This document shows positions 59,487 to 64,000 of a DNA stretch of 64,000 bases, one piece after another; the first letter of the stretch is position 1; each line of letters starts with the position of its first letter. This DNA comes from Limisphaerales bacterium (GTDB lineage Bacteria > Verrucomicrobiota > Verrucomicrobiia > Limisphaerales > UBA11358). Where the stretch lies: positions 2,783-66,782 of the forward strand of contig JBKQOA010000019.1 in NCBI GenBank assembly GCA_052145735.1. Direction: 5' to 3'. The notes beneath the pieces are model-generated. The model was not told where the DNA came from. It made no database searches and saw only the letters and a program-made list of their open reading frames with translations. Made by a program: the position numbers and the translations under genes.

Positions 59487-60089
59487 TCATCCGTTCCAAT
59501 CGCCCGTGCTCAGGTAGCGTTTGAGCTTTTCCTTGAGCGTTTCGCGGCCGCGATGGATGAGCGATTTCGTGGCCGATAGCGAGCATTTCAGGACATCGGC
59601 GATTTCCTCGTAGCTCAAATCGTCCTGCCGGCAGAGCAAAATGGCGCTGCGCTGGTTTTCCGGCAGCCCCGCCAGCGCCTCCTCGATTTTCTGCGCCAGT
59701 TCGCCCTGCAACAGATTTTCCGGCGGCGCCAGCTGCGATTTGTCCTCGTATTGCTGGCGCGGCTGATCCTCGTGTTCGGCGTGGGTTTCTTCGATGGATT
59801 CGGCGGGATGCCGCGAACGGCGGCGGAGTTCGTTCAGGCACAGGTTGCGCGCAATGGTGAACAGCCAGGTGGAAAATTTCGCCGTTTGCCGGTAGCGGCT
59901 GCGGGATTTATAGACCTGCAGGAAGACGTTTTGCGCCAGGTCCTCGGCCTCGGTCTCGTCGCGCAGCGAGCGGAAGATGAAATTCATCACCGGCTGCTTG
60001 TATTTTTTCACCAGTTCGGCGAACGCCGCCCGGTCGCCGCGTTTGACGCGCAGCATCAGGACGGCATCGGGATCGGGTTGGGCCGGCAT
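59487..60089 (-). CDS. ECF sigma-70 factor (RpoE-like)
   Basis: GDRAAFAELV, AEDLAQNVF, FSTWLFTIARN, LSYEEIA...KSLIHRGR. Confidence 0.94.
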   Translation of the reverse strand: MPAQPDPDAVLMLRVKRGDRAAFAELVKKYKQPVMNFIFRSLRDETEAEDLAQNVFLQVYKSRSRYRQTAKFSTWLFTIARNLCLNELRRRSRHPAESIEETHAEHEDQPRQQYEDKSQLAPPENLLQGELAQKIEEALAGLPENQRSAILLCRQDDLSYEEIADVLKCSLSATKSLIHRGRETLKEKLKRYLSTGDWNG

Positions 60090-60139
60090 CGCGGCCAAAG
60101 TTTAATCAATGCCGTCCGCACGACAAGGATTCCTGTCAG

Positions 60140-60200
60140 GTCTTCAGTCTTCGGTTTTCAGTTTTTTGTGCTGAAAACTTGAAACTTGAAACTCGAAACT
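60140..60200. repeat. Opposed heptamer arrays (GTYTTCR / GAAACTY)
   Basis: GTCTTCA GTCTTCG GTTTTCA GTTTT, then GAAAACTT GAAACTT GAAACTC GAAACT. Confidence 0.82.
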
Positions 60201-60214
60201 CAATCATTCCACCC

Positions 60215-62998
60215 GTGCAGGACCTGATCAAAAAAATCGAAGCCGACGCCGAGGTGCGTCTGCCGTCGCCGCCGAACAGCGATACGGCGGAAAAGCTTGC
60301 GCGTTACAAGGCCTTTCTCAAGGTCGAGACGCACCGCCTCAAATTGCAGCACCGCGCCGGTGTGGGCGGGCGCGAAATCTGCGAGGCGCGCGCGGCCATC
60401 CTCGACGCGCTGTTGCGGCATCTGTGGGTGGAGGCCAAGAGCAGCCTGTCGCCGCAGGCGCAGAAGGAGTTTCCGCCGCTCGCGCTGGTGGCCATCGGCG
60501 GCTACGGCCGCGCCGAGCTGAACCCGCACAGCGACATTGACTTCATGTTTCTGCACGACGGCCAGATCGCGGCGAACCGGCCGCTGCCGTACCTGTCCAA
60601 GCTGATTGACGGCGTGCTATATCCGTTGTGGGACGTCGGCCTGAAGGTCGGCCACGCCGTGCGGAGCATCGAGGATTGCGTCAAGGTGGCCAACACCGAC
60701 ATGCAATCGAAAACGTCACTCATCGAGGCGCGGCTCATCATCGGCAGCGAAGTGTTGTTCAACAAATTCCAGAAGGCGCTCGTAAGCCGGTGCGTCGTGG
60801 GTTTCGAGGAAAAATACATCGCGATGCGGCTGGAAGACCAGGCGACGCGGCGGAGCAAGTTCGGCAATTCGGCCTGCATGCAGGAACCGAACATCAAAAA
60901 CGGCTGCGGCGGCCTGCGCGACTTCCAGAACCTGCTCTGGATGACCTTTTTCAAATACACCACCCGTTCGCTGAAGGAATTGCAGGAGCGCGAATTTGTC
61001 ACCGGGGCCGAGCGCAAACAGCTCGAGGCCGCCTACGATTTCCTGCTGCGGGTGCGGACGGAGCTGCATTACCACGCGGACCGCCCGCTGGATGTGCTGG
61101 GGAAAAATCTGCAGCCCGCCATCGCGCATGCGCTCGGCTACGGCGACCGTTCCCCCAGCCAGCGCATCGAAAAATTCATGCGCGACCTCTACACGCACAT
61201 GCGGAACATCCTGCTCATCACCCGCACGCTCGAGCAGCGCATGGCGTTGCTCTCGCCGCCGCAGAAACGGCTGGCGGCGTTGCGCGCCTGGCTGCCCAAA
61301 CGCACCCGGACGGTGGAGCCGGTGGACGGGTTTTTGTTCGTGGACGGGGAAATCCGCGCCGCGTCCAACCGCGTTTTCCGGGACTCGCCCCGCCGTTTGA
61401 TGCGGGTATTCCTGCACGCGCAGCAGCATCGCCTGCAATTAAACCCCGATCTCGCGCAGCTCATCCGCAACCAGGTTTCGCTCGTGGACCGCGATTTCCT
61501 GAACGACGAGCACGTGCGCGAAACGTTCCTGACCATTCTCGAACGGCGCGGGAGCGTCGCGCCCATCCTGCGCGCGATGCACGAGGTGAACCTGCTCGGC
61601 AAATACATCCCCGAGTTCGGCCGGCTCACCTGCCTGGTGCAGCACGAGTTTTATCACCAATACGCCGCCGACGAACACACACTGGTCTGCCTGGAACAGC
61701 TCGACCGGATCTGGGAGGCGCAGGAGGAACCCTACAAACATTACGCGCCCCTGTTTCAAGGCCTGGAGCGGCCGGGCCTGCTTTACCTCGCGCTGTTGCT
61801 GCATGACGTCGGCAAATCGGAACATCACAAACAGGGCCGCCACGCCGAAGTCAGCGCGGAGATGGCCCTGCGCGCCGCCAAACGGCTGCGGCTGGATGGT
61901 TCGGCCTCCGACACGCTGCACGCCGTCATCGAACATCATCTGCTCATGGCCAGTGTGTCCCAACGGCGCGACCTCGACGATCCCACCGTCATCCGGAACT
62001 TCGCCCGGCAGATGAAAACACCCGAGGGGCTGAACCTGCTCACGCTGCTGACGTTCGCCGATTCGCAGGGCACGAGCGACAAGCTCTGGAACAGCTTCAA
62101 GGATCTGCTGCTCTGGCAACTGTACGAGCGCGCGCTGGCGTTGCTCACCGGCGGCACGGAATTCGTCCGCGCCTCCCAGAAGCAACGCGAGGAGCTGCTG
62201 CGGGAGGTCCGTGAACTGGCGCCGAAATCCATCGGTGACGAGGAACTCAACGCGCATTTCGCCGCGCTGCCAGCGCGTTACTTTGAAATTCACACCGCCC
62301 GGGACATTGCGGATGACCTCGAACTGGCGCACCGCTTCATGCACCGGCAGGTGGTGGCCGAGGAGCGCGTGTTGTCGCCCGCGACGGCGTGGCAGGACGA
62401 ACCCGACCGCGGCTACAACCTCGTCCGGGTCTGCACCTGGGACCGGGCCGGGCTGTTCAGCAAAATCGCCGGCTCGTTCAGCGCCGTCGGGTTGAACATC
62501 CTCAGCGCGCAGATTTTCACGCGCACCGACGGTGTGGTGCTCGACAAATTTTTCGTCAACGACGCCAAAACCGGCAGTCTGGCCCCACGGGAGGAGCACG
62601 GCAAATTCGACACCCTGCTCGACCAGGTGCTGAACGACGAAACCGTGGAGCTGTCCGCGCTCATTGCGCGCCAGGTTGTGGCGCGCCCGGTTTACCAGGC
62701 GTACGCCGGCGAGCGGATGACGACGCAGATCCATTTCGACAACGAGGCTTCGGACGCCCGCACCATCATTGAAATCGAGACGGAAGACCGGCTGGGACTG
62801 CTCTACGCCATTTCGCAGGCGTTTGCCGAACTCGCGCTGGACATTTCCGGGGCGCGCATTGTGACCGAACGCGGCGCGGCCATCGACAGTTTTTACGTGC
62901 GCGAGTTGGACGGCAGCAAGGTGGTATCGCCGGAACGGCAAACTTTGATTGAAAACCGATTGCGTGAAGCCATCAGCCGGCTCGAGGCCGCGGTTTGA
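60215..62998 (+). CDS. glnD: [Protein-PII] uridylyltransferase
   Basis: AIGGYGRAELNPHSDIDF, EPNIKNGCGGLRD, HQYAADEH, LLHDVGK, two ACT domains (DRAGLF, DRLGLL). Confidence 0.96.
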   Translation: MQDLIKKIEADAEVRLPSPPNSDTAEKLARYKAFLKVETHRLKLQHRAGVGGREICEARAAILDALLRHLWVEAKSSLSPQAQKEFPPLALVAIGGYGRAELNPHSDIDFMFLHDGQIAANRPLPYLSKLIDGVLYPLWDVGLKVGHAVRSIEDCVKVANTDMQSKTSLIEARLIIGSEVLFNKFQKALVSRCVVGFEEKYIAMRLEDQATRRSKFGNSACMQEPNIKNGCGGLRDFQNLLWMTFFKYTTRSLKELQEREFVTGAERKQLEAAYDFLLRVRTELHYHADRPLDVLGKNLQPAIAHALGYGDRSPSQRIEKFMRDLYTHMRNILLITRTLEQRMALLSPPQKRLAALRAWLPKRTRTVEPVDGFLFVDGEIRAASNRVFRDSPRRLMRVFLHAQQHRLQLNPDLAQLIRNQVSLVDRDFLNDEHVRETFLTILERRGSVAPILRAMHEVNLLGKYIPEFGRLTCLVQHEFYHQYAADEHTLVCLEQLDRIWEAQEEPYKHYAPLFQGLERPGLLYLALLLHDVGKSEHHKQGRHAEVSAEMALRAAKRLRLDGSASDTLHAVIEHHLLMASVSQRRDLDDPTVIRNFARQMKTPEGLNLLTLLTFADSQGTSDKLWNSFKDLLLWQLYERALALLTGGTEFVRASQKQREELLREVRELAPKSIGDEELNAHFAALPARYFEIHTARDIADDLELAHRFMHRQVVAEERVLSPATAWQDEPDRGYNLVRVCTWDRAGLFSKIAGSFSAVGLNILSAQIFTRTDGVVLDKFFVNDAKTGSLAPREEHGKFDTLLDQVLNDETVELSALIARQVVARPVYQAYAGERMTTQIHFDNEASDARTIIEIETEDRLGLLYAISQAFAELALDISGARIVTERGAAIDSFYVRELDGSKVVSPERQTLIENRLREAISRLEAAV

Positions 62999-63078
62999 TC
63001 GCCGCGCAAACCTGTTGCCACCCGCTCCCCGGTCTGGTAGAGGTTGTCCGTATCGGTGCCGGACTGCTTGCGATGGAG

Positions 63079-63152
63079 GCGGGTGTGGTTCAGTGGTAGA
63101 ATGCGGGCTTCCCAAGCCTGAGATGAGGGTTCGATTCCCTTCACCCGCTCCA
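63079..63152 (+). tRNA. tRNA-Gly (CCC)
   Basis: GCGGGTG/CACCCGC acceptor stem, TTCCCAA anticodon loop, GGTTCGATTCC T arm, encoded CCA. Confidence 0.96.
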
Positions 63153-63765
63153 ACCTTGGTTTGAGCCAATGATACCAATGGTTTTTCTCATTTTCTGATT
63201 TTTAAAAATCGCAAAGTGAGAATAAAAGTGAGAATAATGGCGTTCCCTTTCGATGCTTTTGATCAGTAAAAGCGCCTGTTCTCAATGGGTTATTAACGTG
63301 CTGAAAAGTTGACCAGTGAGAATGCTACTAAGTTCTGATTCGAATTTCGACATTTCTCCAGGAATTGAACTGACAAGCCCCCATTTTGTTGATCCGCCTT
63401 GGGCATGGATAACGGTGTCAGCTTTCCCGTCGCCCTCCAGAAGGGCGGTCGCCACGCCAAGCGTCTCTTGTATTGCCGACCACTTTGTTCAGGATGGACA
63501 TTGGTCGACAAATCCCCCCAATGAATCCAACTGCATAGCAGTTGAATTTGGAGCGTTTCCAGCCTTGAAAATCAAGGGCTTGCAAAATCAGAGGGTTAAA
63601 ACGGCGGCTCGGTCTGAATCGTTCCGGCTAAGAGATTACGCAGTATCAAGCCGTCGATTCCGAGGTCCAACAGCCAAGCGGCGCAAAATATTATATTGAA
63701 TTGTAACTTTCTATCCGATGAGGCGGCAGCTAACCTGTGCATCTTTCAATAGAAATTGATTTTGT

Positions 63766-64000
63766 ATGGTTGACCGACTTGAGCCAACGCATTTTCTAAA
63801 CCGTGAATTGAGCTGGCTGGAATTTAATCAGCGCGTGCTTGACCAGGCGCTTGACCCCGCAAATCCCCTGCTTGAACGGCTCAAATTCTTCACCATCGTT
63901 AGTTCCAATCTCGACGAGTTCTTCGAGGTGCGCGTAGCGGGGTTGAAACAGCAGATTGAAAGTGGCCGGGGCGATCGTAGCGTGGATGGCCTCACACCAA
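63766..64000 (+). CDS. ppk1: Polyphosphate kinase 1 (5' part; runs off the window)
   Basis: Manual translation [25 protein letters not shown]...[27 protein letters not shown]. Confidence 0.93.
   Translation, partial: MVDRLEPTHFLNRELSWLEFNQRVLDQALDPANPLLERLKFFTIVSSNLDEFFEVRVAGLKQQIESGRGDRSVDGLTP

Noticed and set aside
63293-63699. ORFs after the tRNA as integrase fragments
   Set aside because: No recognisable integrase motifs in the translated frames.

Overview
GC-rich bacterial chromosomal window; protein style and gene content suggest Verrucomicrobiota (Pedosphaera/Limisphaera-like; inference). Most genes are housekeeping or envelope genes: uppP, recG, trxA, opgG/opgH, purH, a wza/wzc EPS block, polX, thiD, queE, rsmA, clpP-clpX, dnaA with upstream DnaA-box-like sites, glnB, ileS, glnD, tRNA-Gly(CCC) and partial ppk1. 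Two things stand out. (1) At 1-4964 a divergent MglA small-GTPase locus carries up to four Roadblock/LC7-type domains, a Pro-rich scaffold with a duplicated unnamed domain and a REC-DUF4388 regulator: a candidate undescribed polarity or signalling switch. (2) Small repeat elements (REP-like inverted doublets and 7-9 bp tandem arrays) occur between genes and also in frame inside recG, queE, rsmA and ileS, adding peptide inserts. Also seen: a probable pseudo-sulfatase, an sRNA candidate upstream of ileS, an AT-rich patch in the ileS 3' end and an att-like remnant after the tRNA. All calls come from reading motifs by eye; no database searches were run.
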